From a virus: 64,000 bases of DNA. Below the pieces are notes generated by a model. The model was given only the letters and a program-made list of their open reading frames with translations, was not told where the DNA came from and did no database searches. Of this stretch, positions 28,198 through 36,976 are shown in pieces (the first letter of the stretch is position 1; the number at the start of each line of letters is the position of its first letter). The stretch lies in the IMG/VR virus record IMGVR_UViG_3300002026_000072, positions 1 to 64,000 of that record; one strand, given 5' to 3'. Made by a program: the position numbers and the translations under genes.

Positions 28198-28995
28198 TCA
28201 ACGCCCCCTGACGGCCTTGCGAGCCGGAGAGGCATTGCGTTGGGTGGACAGCGGCTGGTAGCGGCTGGTGTCGGGCTCAGCCATCAGGAGCTCACGAGCT
28301 TCCTCTTTGCGCCCCATATGCACACCGACGTTCTCGTTGAGAACGGGGGTGCCGAAGATGAGCTGCGGGAAGTCCGTGGCAGTGTTCAGACTGACCGTGG
28401 TCACGACTCCCATAGGGGGCACGCCGAACGTGCGGAAGACGCCAGCAACGTACGCATCGAATCCGCGGAGCGCGGTCGGCGACACCTTCAGAATCCAGAT
28501 GGGTGTGCTCTCGTCGGCGTCAGGCGGCAGCACGGCCAGCAGGCGGTTGTTGGTGCAGGCCTTGCCCTTGCCGGTGGGCGACGAACCGAACTCGTTCATC
28601 GGACACCCATCGCAGGTATCGCATTGCCTGTTGGGTGAGTTGTCCGAGGGGATGAGGCCTTTGGGTTGCGGGCTGCGGGCAAAGCAAGCGGGCGGGCAGG
28701 GGTCCTTGGCGTCGTACTTGCGATCGTAGAACGTGTTGCCCGAGATGAAGTCAACGATGACTACGTCCATCGAACCAGGGACCGTCGTGCCATCAGGCAA
28801 GCTGAAGCCCGACTTTGACAGCGAGATCGTCGGCCCGCCGATAGAGCCGATCTGGTCCAGGGTAGCGAGACCCTGCTGCTTGAGCAGGTCTTGGATCGCC
28901 ACGATATTGTTGGTGGGCTTCTTCAGCGCGACGGAGGTAGAGGCGGTGCCGGTGTTCGCCTTGAGGGAAGCAGAGGGAGTCTTCTTGGTAGCCAT
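28198..28995 (-). CDS. early protein with a Cys cluster (265 aa), possibly ssDNA-binding
   Basis: CDTCDGCPMNEFGSSPTGKGKAC zinc-like cluster. First gene after a motif gap. The function is a guess. Confidence 0.7.
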   Translation of the reverse strand: MATKKTPSASLKANTGTASTSVALKKPTNNIVAIQDLLKQQGLATLDQIGSIGGPTISLSKSGFSLPDGTTVPGSMDVVIVDFISGNTFYDRKYDAKDPCPPACFARSPQPKGLIPSDNSPNRQCDTCDGCPMNEFGSSPTGKGKACTNNRLLAVLPPDADESTPIWILKVSPTALRGFDAYVAGVFRTFGVPPMGVVTTVSLNTATDFPQLIFGTPVLNENVGVHMGRKEEARELLMAEPDTSRYQPLSTQRNASPARKAVRGR

Positions 28996-29020
28996 GGTGG
29001 ATGTAGATCCGATCGAAGTT

Positions 29021-29034
29021 AGATTACAGAGAGC
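29021..29034. promoter_or_regulatory. Palindrome motif copy (gatcgaagttagat)
   Basis: About 25 nt upstream of the 28995 start. Confidence 0.6.
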
Positions 29035-29419
29035 GAAGGAGCAAAGTCTTCTTGTTGAAGACCGTCACTCCGGGGATGACGCCGCCCTTAGCGGCCATGA
29101 GCTCAGCCAGGGCGGGCTGACTGATGCGGTTCTGCAGGAGCTGAAAGTTGCCCGTGCGCTTGATGTACTTGTCAAGCGCCTGACGGTCCTCAATGGAGCC
29201 GTACGGTGCGACCTTGACAGAGGCAGTAGCCTTGGTGCCGGTTGCTTTGGCAGTGCCTTCAGCATCGAGTGCCTCGATAACCGCGTCCTGGGCGGCTTCG
29301 TATTCCTTTTCGATCTCCTTGACGATCGCATCTGCGGCGTACTTGCGCTCGCGGAGAGCGTGGAGAGCGTCGATGCGCGCACCGAGGGTGAGCGGCTTGG
29401 TGGGGGTCGCGATATTCAT
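29024..29419 (-). CDS. hypothetical protein (131 aa)
   Basis: Full ORF with coding bias. Confidence 0.7.
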   Translation of the reverse strand: MNIATPTKPLTLGARIDALHALRERKYAADAIVKEIEKEYEAAQDAVIEALDAEGTAKATGTKATASVKVAPYGSIEDRQALDKYIKRTGNFQLLQNRISQPALAELMAAKGGVIPGVTVFNKKTLLLRSL

Positions 29420-29472
29420 TAAAGCTGAATCCTTATGTTGCGATCATGAATCCAATCCACGATCTTGTCAAG

Positions 29473-29485
29473 ATCTAAGTTAGAT
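29473..29485. promoter_or_regulatory. Palindrome motif copy (atctaagttagat)
   Basis: In the gap between 29488 (stop) and 29419 (start). Confidence 0.6.
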
Positions 29486-29487
29486 GT

Positions 29488-29802
29488 CTACGTGTGAATG
29501 CTCCAGCCGTGTTGCGAGCTGTCCACACCGATACCGACGGTGAGCGCCGGGGCGGAGCCGTCGAGTGGCTGTCCAGGCCCGCTGTAGATGAGGCCGCCGT
29601 TGAACCAACGGGTGCCATCTGGCTTGAGCATGAGGAACTCGAAGCTCAGCGGTGCGAAGTCTTTGTGAAGGCAGCAAGTGTTGTCGCCACCTGCGTAGTC
29701 GGTAAGGTAGTCGATCCGTTCGAGAAGTTTGTCCACGCACCCGTTGGCGACAGCGAACTTGATGGCTTCGATGAAGTGGTCAGGGTCTTTGATCTCAATC
29801 AT
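29488..29802 (-). CDS. hypothetical protein (104 aa)
   Basis: Internal ATG (MIEIKDPDHF...) coupled to the upstream stop. Confidence 0.6.
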   Translation of the reverse strand: MIEIKDPDHFIEAIKFAVANGCVDKLLERIDYLTDYAGGDNTCCLHKDFAPLSFEFLMLKPDGTRWFNGGLIYSGPGQPLDGSAPALTVGIGVDSSQHGWSIHT

Positions 29803-30080
29803 GGCAGTCCTAGCTCCTTGCGCTTCTTGAGCGCTCTGTCGGTGTAAATCTGTTGGCCTTGGATCTTGGCTGTGACGACGGCCACACGCGCTTGCATGAA
29901 AGCATCGAGCGCTCCCAGTCTGGAGTCGAAGTTCTGTATTTGCTCGTTGTGGAAGACGATCTGACAGCGCCACAGATCGCCGCCTGACCACAGGCCGAGT
30001 ACGACCCCGTCGCGCATCAGCTCGAAGAGGCCGAACTCGTTGTCGGTGAGAACAAGCTCACTTGGAGTAGTTGACGTCAT
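29799..30080 (-). CDS. hypothetical protein (93 aa)
   Basis: ATG preceded by gaaggtgggt. Overlaps the polA stop by 23 nt. Confidence 0.6.
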   Translation of the reverse strand: MTSTTPSELVLTDNEFGLFELMRDGVVLGLWSGGDLWRCQIVFHNEQIQNFDSRLGALDAFMQARVAVVTAKIQGQQIYTDRALKKRKELGLP

Positions 30081-33000
30081 ACCCACCTTCACAGTTGAGA
30101 GGGATGTCCGGGCACCACTCCAGCGGCGTACGCATCACCTTTTGCATGAAGTCGAGCGCCTTGGGCGCCGCCGCCTTCTTCACGTGAGTGCTGACCTCAT
30201 CATGTGTGGTCATCACAACGCGGTACTTGCGGCTGATGTCGAGCATTTGCTTGCCGACGATGATCCGGGCCAGCGCCTGAACCAGGTTCTCGCACAACAA
30301 CCCGCCGTATATCTTCTTGCGGATGGTGCCGCTGGCGTAGGTCCACTCGTCCCAGCCCTGGTCATTGAGTCGGGTCTGGAGGTCGGGGTACTTGAGCGAC
30401 ATGCCGTTCGGGAGCCAGATCGTCTCCTTCTCCCAGCTGATCGGACCGTGCCGGCCTTCACGCCCGATCGCCATGTCAGCGATGATTTGCTTGCAGACCT
30501 CCCACCCGTCGCGGATCTTGTGGTTCTGGCGGCGGTAGGTGTTGATGATGGCTTGGCACTTGTCCAGCTCGAAGAACACCGGCGGGCCACCGAGGGCGCC
30601 CTTCGCCAGGGTGATCTGCAGCTTGGCTGCACCCATTTGGTACCCCAGCCCAAGCACGCAATTGAGCACCAAGGCGTTGGACGCCGTGAATCTAAAGCGC
30701 GGGCCAGCGTTTGCTATGTCATAGACGCGAGCCGTGCGGCGATAGCTCGCCAGTTCTTCCGCCTGTCGATCACTGCAAATTTCGCCTCCAGAATGATCTG
30801 TGTAGCAGTCATCCCGCGTTTGACCCGTCGATAAGTGGCCGTTACTGAGAACGGGCTCCTCCACTCCAAGATGTGCACAGGCCCGGTTTGAGTCTGAACG
30901 TAGACCGACGCTCGCTTGTTGCGGTTCTGTTGCGTTCGTGTCGCGAGCCGCAAATTCTTGGGGCTGTAGTGCCCGTCGTTGTCGATTCGGTCGATCTCCA
31001 CCCCCTTGTAATTCGGGTGAGGCAGGTTCTTCGACACCCAAAGGATGAAGCTCATTCGGGTCTTGAACATGCACTTGATGCCCCGCCCACCGTAGCTCGC
31101 CCATTGTGGATTCGCTGGGTTGGTGCATCGAGCTTGGATCGCGTCGTATCGGCGTCCTAACACCCCCGCATTGGGTACAGGCCGGCGACCGTTCTTCAGG
31201 AACGAGGTCGTCTTTCCGTTCTTGAGATTGTTCAGATAGACCAGCTTCGTGACCCCAGAGAGCGAGCAGTGCGCCATGACGTACGGAGAGCCGTTTACGC
31301 GGTGTATCTGCGACGACGTGATCGTCACTGAACCAAAGGTTTGCCCGACCAGCTCCGGTCTTTTGGAGCCTGACCATCTCGGATGCTGCTTGCCCGAGCG
31401 GAATGATCCGTCCGCATGTCGTGAAGACTTGGTGGTCTGGGGTCGCTGTGAGTCCGTCATAGGTGATGACCTCCTTGATGCCTTGGTCGATGACCCCTGC
31501 ATGATGTACCCATTCTAACCCATCCCATAACCGATCTAACTTAGATATGTCTTGAATAGGGACTAGCCCCCGGTCTGTGAGAATCAGCTCGCCTTCAGCT
31601 ACGCAGACCTTGCCAACGAAGCGCTCGGTCTTGTCCTCTTTCGTGATCTCGCGGCCGTAGATCGAGTCGCCGAACTTGCAGTACGCGTCGCGGTCCTTGC
31701 CGCGGGCGAGGCCCATCGTCTTCTCGTTCCACGTGTCCGCAGCCTTGAAAGACTCCAGCAGGTCGTGCTGGCCCCAGAGCCACGCGTTGACTCGGGCCTC
31801 AATCTGGCCTGAGTCCACTGTGCAGATCATGTGCTCAGGCGCGGCTAGGATGGACAGGCGCAGTTCCCCACCTCGGGTGAGGTTCTGCATGTTCATTTTG
31901 TTGTTGCCGCCCCAGCGCCCGGTGTGCGCCCGGTAGTACGCGTAGCCCACGGGCAGGTTCCAGCCATTGGCGCCAGCCTTGAGGAAGCGCTCAGCCCGGG
32001 TTACGTTCGTCGTGGACTTCACGGCCAGCCGGCAGTCAACCAGGGCGCGCAGCCGGTCTTGCCGGGCAGCGAGCTTCTTCACGTCAGCGATCTTGGCGAG
32101 GTTCAGACCGGTGCTGAGTGCCTCGACATCGTCGGGCAGGTTGACGAACTTCTCGTCGTCCTTGGCGAACGCGAAGGTGTACTTGTCCGCATCGTCACGC
32201 TCGTCCTTGTGCTTCTTCATCCAGGCCGGACTGACTTTGCGCGGCGGTTCCACGCCCTCAGCGCGCAGCAGGTCAGCGAACTTGTCGTTGCTGCCCACCA
32301 CCCGCTTGGTGATCAGGATGTCACGCTCCTCGCCGACCAGTGCCTTCTCAGCCTTGCCTTTGAGGACGTCGGTGTACTGGCTGGTATCGACCAGCGAGGT
32401 CAGCATGACCCGACGCCGCTCGACCTCGCGGTCGTACTCAGCCTGGACGCGGGGCAGATCGAGCTTGAGCACCGGGTCGCAGAACATGCGGACGGTGAGG
32501 TCGATCAGGTCCATCTCATCGCGCGGCATCTGCGGCACCATGAGCTTGAAGATCTCGAACATCTCATCGACATCGACGCCGCAGTACTCAGCGCCGATGT
32601 CGTAGATCTTCTGGGCGACGAGCTGCTTGTAGCTCAGCCCCTTCATCTGTTCGAGGGAGCCTTTGAGCTTACCGCCACGACCATAGAAGACGGATACTTC
32701 GTCGAGCCCAGCTCCGATCTCGTTGCTGTGCAGACCCCGTGCCATGGACAGACTGCAGTAGTACTTGGCAGGCACCACACCGTAGTGATGGCTGAGGATG
32801 AACCCGTCGAACTGGGTGTTATGACACAGGAGAGCATGTGTGCTCCAAGGGATCGTCTTGAGGAACGCCTTGATCTTCGGGCCGGGAATCACGACCCGCT
32901 TCTTCTTGCCGACCTTGACACCCATCATCAGCGCCTCGAAGCGCTCGTCGCGGATGTACTCGCTGGTGCTGAGCTTGCTCAGCGTGTAGTCGGTGTCGTA

Positions 33001-33123
33001 GAAGGTCTCAAAGTCGATGCAGACCAGCCGGTCCCAATCGACCTGATCGGTCGGGAAGTCCGGGCGCTTGAACGTCGGCTTGGGTGGTGCCGGGTGGCGG
33101 CGAGTCGCGGTGGCCCAGGACAT
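30058..33123 (-). CDS. family-A DNA polymerase with 3'-5' exonuclease domain, interrupted by an intein
   Basis: CIDFETFYD and HNTQFDGFIL (exo), VDSGQIEARV (motif A), TTHDEV (motif C). Motif B is split: ERFVGKV / CVLGLGYQMGAAKL. Exteins sum to 706 aa. Confidence 0.92.
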   Translation of the reverse strand: MSWATATRRHPAPPKPTFKRPDFPTDQVDWDRLVCIDFETFYDTDYTLSKLSTSEYIRDERFEALMMGVKVGKKKRVVIPGPKIKAFLKTIPWSTHALLCHNTQFDGFILSHHYGVVPAKYYCSLSMARGLHSNEIGAGLDEVSVFYGRGGKLKGSLEQMKGLSYKQLVAQKIYDIGAEYCGVDVDEMFEIFKLMVPQMPRDEMDLIDLTVRMFCDPVLKLDLPRVQAEYDREVERRRVMLTSLVDTSQYTDVLKGKAEKALVGEERDILITKRVVGSNDKFADLLRAEGVEPPRKVSPAWMKKHKDERDDADKYTFAFAKDDEKFVNLPDDVEALSTGLNLAKIADVKKLAARQDRLRALVDCRLAVKSTTNVTRAERFLKAGANGWNLPVGYAYYRAHTGRWGGNNKMNMQNLTRGGELRLSILAAPEHMICTVDSGQIEARVNAWLWGQHDLLESFKAADTWNEKTMGLARGKDRDAYCKFGDSIYGREITKEDKTERFVGKVCVAEGELILTDRGLVPIQDISKLDRLWDGLEWVHHAGVIDQGIKEVITYDGLTATPDHQVFTTCGRIIPLGQAASEMVRLQKTGAGRANLWFSDDHVVADTPRKRLSVRHGALLALWGHEAGLSEQSQERKDDLVPEERSPACTQCGGVRTPIRRDPSSMHQPSESTMGELRWAGHQVHVQDPNELHPLGVEEPASPELQGGGDRPNRQRRALQPQEFAARDTNATEPQQASVGLRSDSNRACAHLGVEEPVLSNGHLSTGQTRDDCYTDHSGGEICSDRQAEELASYRRTARVYDIANAGPRFRFTASNALVLNCVLGLGYQMGAAKLQITLAKGALGGPPVFFELDKCQAIINTYRRQNHKIRDGWEVCKQIIADMAIGREGRHGPISWEKETIWLPNGMSLKYPDLQTRLNDQGWDEWTYASGTIRKKIYGGLLCENLVQALARIIVGKQMLDISRKYRVVMTTHDEVSTHVKKAAAPKALDFMQKVMRTPLEWCPDIPLNCEGGYDVNYSK
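30714..31502 (-). CDS. HNH homing endonuclease ORF nested in the intein, one nucleotide out of the polymerase frame
   Basis: LVGQTFGSVTI, YGGRGIKCMF, GVEIDRIDNDGHYSPKNLRLATRTQQNRN. G/C-rich third positions in this frame but not in the pol frame. The true start is uncertain; the first ~50 aa overprint the Hint N-domain. Confidence 0.7.
   Translation of the reverse strand: MQGSSTKASRRSSPMTDSQRPQTTKSSRHADGSFRSGKQHPRWSGSKRPELVGQTFGSVTITSSQIHRVNGSPYVMAHCSLSGVTKLVYLNNLKNGKTTSFLKNGRRPVPNAGVLGRRYDAIQARCTNPANPQWASYGGRGIKCMFKTRMSFILWVSKNLPHPNYKGVEIDRIDNDGHYSPKNLRLATRTQQNRNKRASVYVQTQTGPVHILEWRSPFSVTATYRRVKRGMTATQIILEAKFAVIDRRKNWRAIAARLASMT
31534..31546. promoter_or_regulatory. Palindrome motif copy embedded in intein coding sequence (atctaacttagat)
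   Basis: Encodes ISKLD in the pol frame. Ends 30 nt upstream of the HNH-frame ATG at 31502. Confidence 0.55.
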
Positions 33124-33485
33124 CAGCGCACCCGAACCGAGATTTCGAGGTTGTCCGCTGCAGCCTGAACCATATTTCCGATGTCGACATTGGCGATACC
33201 GTCACGCACAGCGTCGTCCCAGTCATAGTTGTCGCAGGCTTCTTTGATCTTCGAGTCGAAGTCGTACTCTTCGACGACATACGCAAGCACTGAGTTCGCC
33301 TTCTCAGTAAATTCGTCACTGACTTCCTGGTCGTTGCCGATCAGTTCGATCAGCGCGGACTTCATGTCCGCCGGCTTCAGCTCCGGCTGGAGCATCTTCG
33401 ACGCCAGTGCGTCGTCGATCTTCTTGGTGATGTACTCGTCGATCAGGGTGATGACATTTGCGAAAACTGCGGGTAGTTGAGTCAT
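33123..33485 (-). CDS. acidic hypothetical protein (120 aa)
   Basis: Stop shares a base with the polA ATG. Confidence 0.7.
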   Translation of the reverse strand: MTQLPAVFANVITLIDEYITKKIDDALASKMLQPELKPADMKSALIELIGNDQEVSDEFTEKANSVLAYVVEEYDFDSKIKEACDNYDWDDAVRDGIANVDIGNMVQAAADNLEISVRVR

Positions 33486-33733
33486 GAAACCTCCGTAGGA
33501 AAAACGTGGATGTCGGGTGTCATCGGAACGATGAGGAACCGGTTGTTGGCAGTCAGCAGCGCCGTGCGTGTGAAGCGGGAAGGCTGTCGCAGCCGCTTGT
33601 AGATGACCGTGCCTTTGCGTATGCCTGAGTAATAGGCGTCCATCTGTTCAGACGTGAGCGGGACATTCGCGCTGACTGCGCCTAGAAACATCCCCTCGAC
33701 GACCCACTCAGACTTGACGTTGACCAGCTTCAC
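33482..33733 (-). CDS. hypothetical protein (83 aa)
   Basis: ATGA coupling at both ends. Confidence 0.65.
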   Translation of the reverse strand: MKLVNVKSEWVVEGMFLGAVSANVPLTSEQMDAYYSGIRKGTVIYKRLRQPSRFTRTALLTANNRFLIVPMTPDIHVFPTEVS

Positions 33734-35133
33734 GCTGGTTCGAGTTCGGTCATCGACGCGAACAGGTCCAGCAGGTTGCGCATGCGGCCTTCTTTGGGCA
33801 TGAGGATCTCGTGGTAGATCCGCTCCTCGATCGTGTCCGCAGCGAGGCAGACAACGATCTCAGTCTTATGCTTCTGGCCGATGCGGGCCTGCCGTTTGTT
33901 ACCCTGCTTGAACCACTCCAAGTCAGGAGTGGGGCCAGTCCAGATCGTCGACGTGCCGGTCGTCAGTGTCAGCCCGTGAGCCGCGCTCTTGGGGTGCGCG
34001 AACATGACGTCGAACTGGCCTAGCTGGTACTGCGTTACCATGGCGTTGCGCTCCTTGTCAGTGGCGTCGCCATCGAGCACACAGTACGTCATGCCGCGGG
34101 CCTCAGCCTCCTGCGTCAACGCATCACGCTGGTGCTGCCAGAAGAAGAACACGAGCGGGTGCTTACGCACCTCGCACATGTCCAGGATCGACTCGTAACG
34201 GGTGCGGTCGATCAGGTGGGGTTTGCCGTCGTTGTCGTAGACCGCGCCTGACGCGATCTGGCAGAGCTTGGTCTGCACAGCTGCTGCGTTGACGGCGGTC
34301 ATTACCGGTGCTGGCTTGCCCCTGCTGGCCTTGCCGGTGACGAGGACCTGGGCGTCCATCATGTCGTTGTACGCCTTGCGCTGCTTGGGCGTCATCTCGT
34401 ACTCGACCGTGTAGTGGTGCGTGGCGGGGATGTCCACGCAGTCCTCGAACTTGTGGCGGACGACGAGGTCACTGATCAGCCCGAACACAGCCTCCTCGGC
34501 GCCTTCCTTGTCCTGCCAGCGCACTGCCTGCGCCATACGGCCGACCTGGACGGGCGTGCACACGCTGTTGCGGAAACCGTAGAAGCTGGTGCCGAGCCGC
34601 TTGCCGCCGTCGAGCAGTGCCACCTGATGCCAAATGTCACAGATGCCGTTGCTCGTCGGTGTAGCGGTCAAGAGCGCCCTGCGCTTGAAGACCTTGATCT
34701 TGGCCGGCTGGAAGATCCGCAGTGCAGCCTTGGAGCGCTGGCTGGTGTGGTGCTTGTATGCGGTGCTCTCGTCCCCCACCACGTCGCCGTCCTTGAAGCG
34801 CGTCCAGAAGGCAGACTTCTGCTTGATGAGCCACTTCACAGCGTCGTGGTTGGTCACGTACACGTCAGCGTCGACAGCGAAGGCAGCTTCGCGCTTCTCC
34901 GCAGTCGCCACAGACACCTTCATGTCAGGGGCGAACTTGGCGAAGTCGTTCGCCCAGGCCGCGCGCAGCAAGCTGCGGGGAGCCAGCACCAGCATGCAAC
35001 CGGCCTTCTTCTTTCGCCGGCGTTCGGCGAAGCTGACGATGCGTACGAAGGTCTTGCCCGTGCCCGGGTCACTCATGTCAAACACGGCGTCTGTCGTGGC
35101 GTCGTGTTTGAGGCTGGCAGCTTGGTGCGCCAT
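33730..35133 (-). CDS. SNF2/DEAD-like helicase
   Basis: DPGTGKT (Walker A), VVGDESTAYK (DExx), LLTATPTSNG (motif III), QARIGQKHKT (motif VI). An alternative GTG start at 35223 would overlap the upstream gene by 64 nt. Confidence 0.85.
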   Translation of the reverse strand: MAHQAASLKHDATTDAVFDMSDPGTGKTFVRIVSFAERRRKKKAGCMLVLAPRSLLRAAWANDFAKFAPDMKVSVATAEKREAAFAVDADVYVTNHDAVKWLIKQKSAFWTRFKDGDVVGDESTAYKHHTSQRSKAALRIFQPAKIKVFKRRALLTATPTSNGICDIWHQVALLDGGKRLGTSFYGFRNSVCTPVQVGRMAQAVRWQDKEGAEEAVFGLISDLVVRHKFEDCVDIPATHHYTVEYEMTPKQRKAYNDMMDAQVLVTGKASRGKPAPVMTAVNAAAVQTKLCQIASGAVYDNDGKPHLIDRTRYESILDMCEVRKHPLVFFFWQHQRDALTQEAEARGMTYCVLDGDATDKERNAMVTQYQLGQFDVMFAHPKSAAHGLTLTTGTSTIWTGPTPDLEWFKQGNKRQARIGQKHKTEIVVCLAADTIEERIYHEILMPKEGRMRNLLDLFASMTELEPA

Positions 35134-35159
35134 AGCCTTGGCCTTGGCTCGGGATGGGA

Positions 35160-35867
35160 TCACTTCCTGACTCCTTCTTGGCAGTGCCCACTGTTCCAGG
35201 GGCCGTACTGGCACCACTGGCACGAGTAGACGTTGGGGTTGGGCGGGAATTCAGTGCAGGTCGTGACCGCCTTGCCCCGGTTGTTCAGCCCGGTCTTGAA
35301 GCGCAGCCCCTGGTCGCGGGTGAAAGTGCGTACCGTCGTCTCGCCGATGTCGAGATACCAGAGGTGGGTGTGGATCACCTCCAGCTTGGGGTAGCGCAGG
35401 AACGCGCACAGCTGGTACAGCTGGAGTTGCTCACCGTGCTTGATCTCGTTGCCGTACTTCTTGCCAGTCTTGAAGTCGATGGCGATGCCCTCGGTGTCTG
35501 ATAGGTGCACGAATGCATCGAGCTTGAGCCGCAGCCACGCCTTTGCCCACGGCGCCGGGTCCCAGTTCTTGTCGTGGCCCCACTCATGCTCCACGCTGAC
35601 CTGACCCTCGTCATGGAGCACACGCAGCAGGTCAATCTGTGGGCCGAAGTGCTTCTCTGCTTCGGGCGCGAGCTCATTACTCTTGCCAGTGATGTAGTGC
35701 TCGCAGCTCTCGTGGACCCTTGAGCCCCGGTCGTTAGCGTGCTCGGTCTGACCCGGCCGGAGCTCCCGCTCGGGCTCTGGGATGCGCTGGTCGTGCTTCA
35801 ACCAGAACATGAACTTGCACTTCTCGAAGTCAACGAGCTTGGAATGGGACCACGAGTTGACGGCCAT
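35160..35867 (-). CDS. Cas4/RecB-like PD-(D/E)xK exonuclease with Fe-S Cys cluster
   Basis: N-terminal Cys (FEKCKFMFW), IAIDFKTGK, QLQLYQL, and C-terminal CQWCQYGPWNSGHC. Confidence 0.8.
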   Translation of the reverse strand: MAVNSWSHSKLVDFEKCKFMFWLKHDQRIPEPERELRPGQTEHANDRGSRVHESCEHYITGKSNELAPEAEKHFGPQIDLLRVLHDEGQVSVEHEWGHDKNWDPAPWAKAWLRLKLDAFVHLSDTEGIAIDFKTGKKYGNEIKHGEQLQLYQLCAFLRYPKLEVIHTHLWYLDIGETTVRTFTRDQGLRFKTGLNNRGKAVTTCTEFPPNPNVYSCQWCQYGPWNSGHCQEGVRK

Positions 35868-35884
35868 GATGTGTCTCTAGAGTA

Positions 35885-35898
35885 GATCGAACTTAGAT
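35885..35898. promoter_or_regulatory. Palindrome motif copy (gatcgaacttagat)
   Basis: 17 nt upstream of the 35867 start. Confidence 0.6.
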
Positions 35899-36480
35899 GA
35901 TAGAGCCGTCTTCGTCGAACTTGTAGTCGTTGTCAGCGAACATCTCTTTGAGACGCTCATCCGAGGTGAGATAGTCGTACTCGTTCTGGAGGTTCTGGAG
36001 GAACCACTCGGCGAAGGAGTTGATCGCGGATTCAATCGCCTCTGGGACGTCGGCTTCATAGTAGCTGCATGAATCCATCGAGAAAGACAGCGTATAGATT
36101 TGACGCCAGCTGGTGCTGCTGATGTGAACACACAGCTCATCGCCCGTCTCGATCATGTAGGTCATGGACGCCACAGTGAGAGCTTCGGACAAGGCGTGCA
36201 ACGTGCTGTCGATCGGAGCTTCACTCTTGACTTTGGCAATCGCGTCTGGGGCGAACGTGTACGACCCTGAAAAGCACAAGCCAACATCGAGCTCAAAAGA
36301 GACGCTGCGAGCGTCAATCTCGATGCCGAGCATGGCCCCAATGCGGGTAGCGTCCTCGTAGGTGCACTCCCACCAGCCGTGGTCTATCACGTTCCAGTCG
36401 CGAGCTTTGTCGAGCGCCTTCTCCTGAGCCCTTGGACTGAGCTCGTCGAAGGTGTAGACCTTGTCGTCTACGTCGTTCAT
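35893..36480 (-). CDS. acidic hypothetical protein (195 aa)
   Basis: MNDVDDKVYTFDELSPRAQEKALDKARDW... resembles a plasmid and phage family of unknown role. Its 3' end overlaps the motif. Confidence 0.7.
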   Translation of the reverse strand: MNDVDDKVYTFDELSPRAQEKALDKARDWNVIDHGWWECTYEDATRIGAMLGIEIDARSVSFELDVGLCFSGSYTFAPDAIAKVKSEAPIDSTLHALSEALTVASMTYMIETGDELCVHISSTSWRQIYTLSFSMDSCSYYEADVPEAIESAINSFAEWFLQNLQNEYDYLTSDERLKEMFADNDYKFDEDGSII

Positions 36481-36770
36481 TCCGGCACGGAGCCTTCGTA
36501 GTCGTCCGGTGGCGTGCTCTTGGGCATGACGCTCGTGGACGGGTCACGAGGCATGTCTGAGGCGACAGCGCGAAGACGTCCGCCTCCAAGCTTCTGCAGC
36601 GAGAAGTACGGCGTACGATCCGAGAAACGTGCGTGCTGGCCTGCTGCATAGACCACTCGGCCTGCGAGATACCCGAGAGTACGTGCCTGAGAAATGTAGC
36701 TGGGATCGGCGAGTACGCGATCTGCTGCGTCGCTGAGGATGCGGGTCAGGTTGGTAACGTGCTTATCCAT
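36477..36770 (-). CDS. hypothetical protein (97 aa)
   Basis: ATGA coupling downstream. gaagga SD. Confidence 0.6.
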   Translation of the reverse strand: MDKHVTNLTRILSDAADRVLADPSYISQARTLGYLAGRVVYAAGQHARFSDRTPYFSLQKLGGGRLRAVASDMPRDPSTSVMPKSTPPDDYEGSVPE

Positions 36771-36976
36771 CGCAGGGTCCTTCTAAGGGTGAGTTGAGCT
36801 CGCTTGAACTTGATGAGCTCGGGGGTGGGGGGAATCTGTTGTTTCTTGAGCCCGTTGCAGATGTACTCATCCGTGAGCGGGGTCATTGCGTGTACCCAGT
36901 CCGGTGGACGAGGTCTACGTTCTGGGTGACGGCGTGCAAAGTCTCGAACGAACCGTTGACGATCCTGTGGGCTCAT
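36746..36976 (-). CDS. hypothetical basic protein (76 aa)
   Basis: ATG in an ATGA overlap with the vWA gene stop (36973-36976). Confidence 0.5.
   Translation of the reverse strand: MSPQDRQRFVRDFARRHPERRPRPPDWVHAMTPLTDEYICNGLKKQQIPPTPELIKFKRAQLTLRRTLRWISTLPT

Larger units (their letters stand above)
30661..31605 (-). mobile_element. intein (315 codons) inserted in PolA motif B
   Basis: Begins CVAEGELILTDRG, has block B TPDH, ends VYDIANAGPRFRFTASNALVLN followed by Cys+1. The length is a multiple of 3. Confidence 0.85.
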
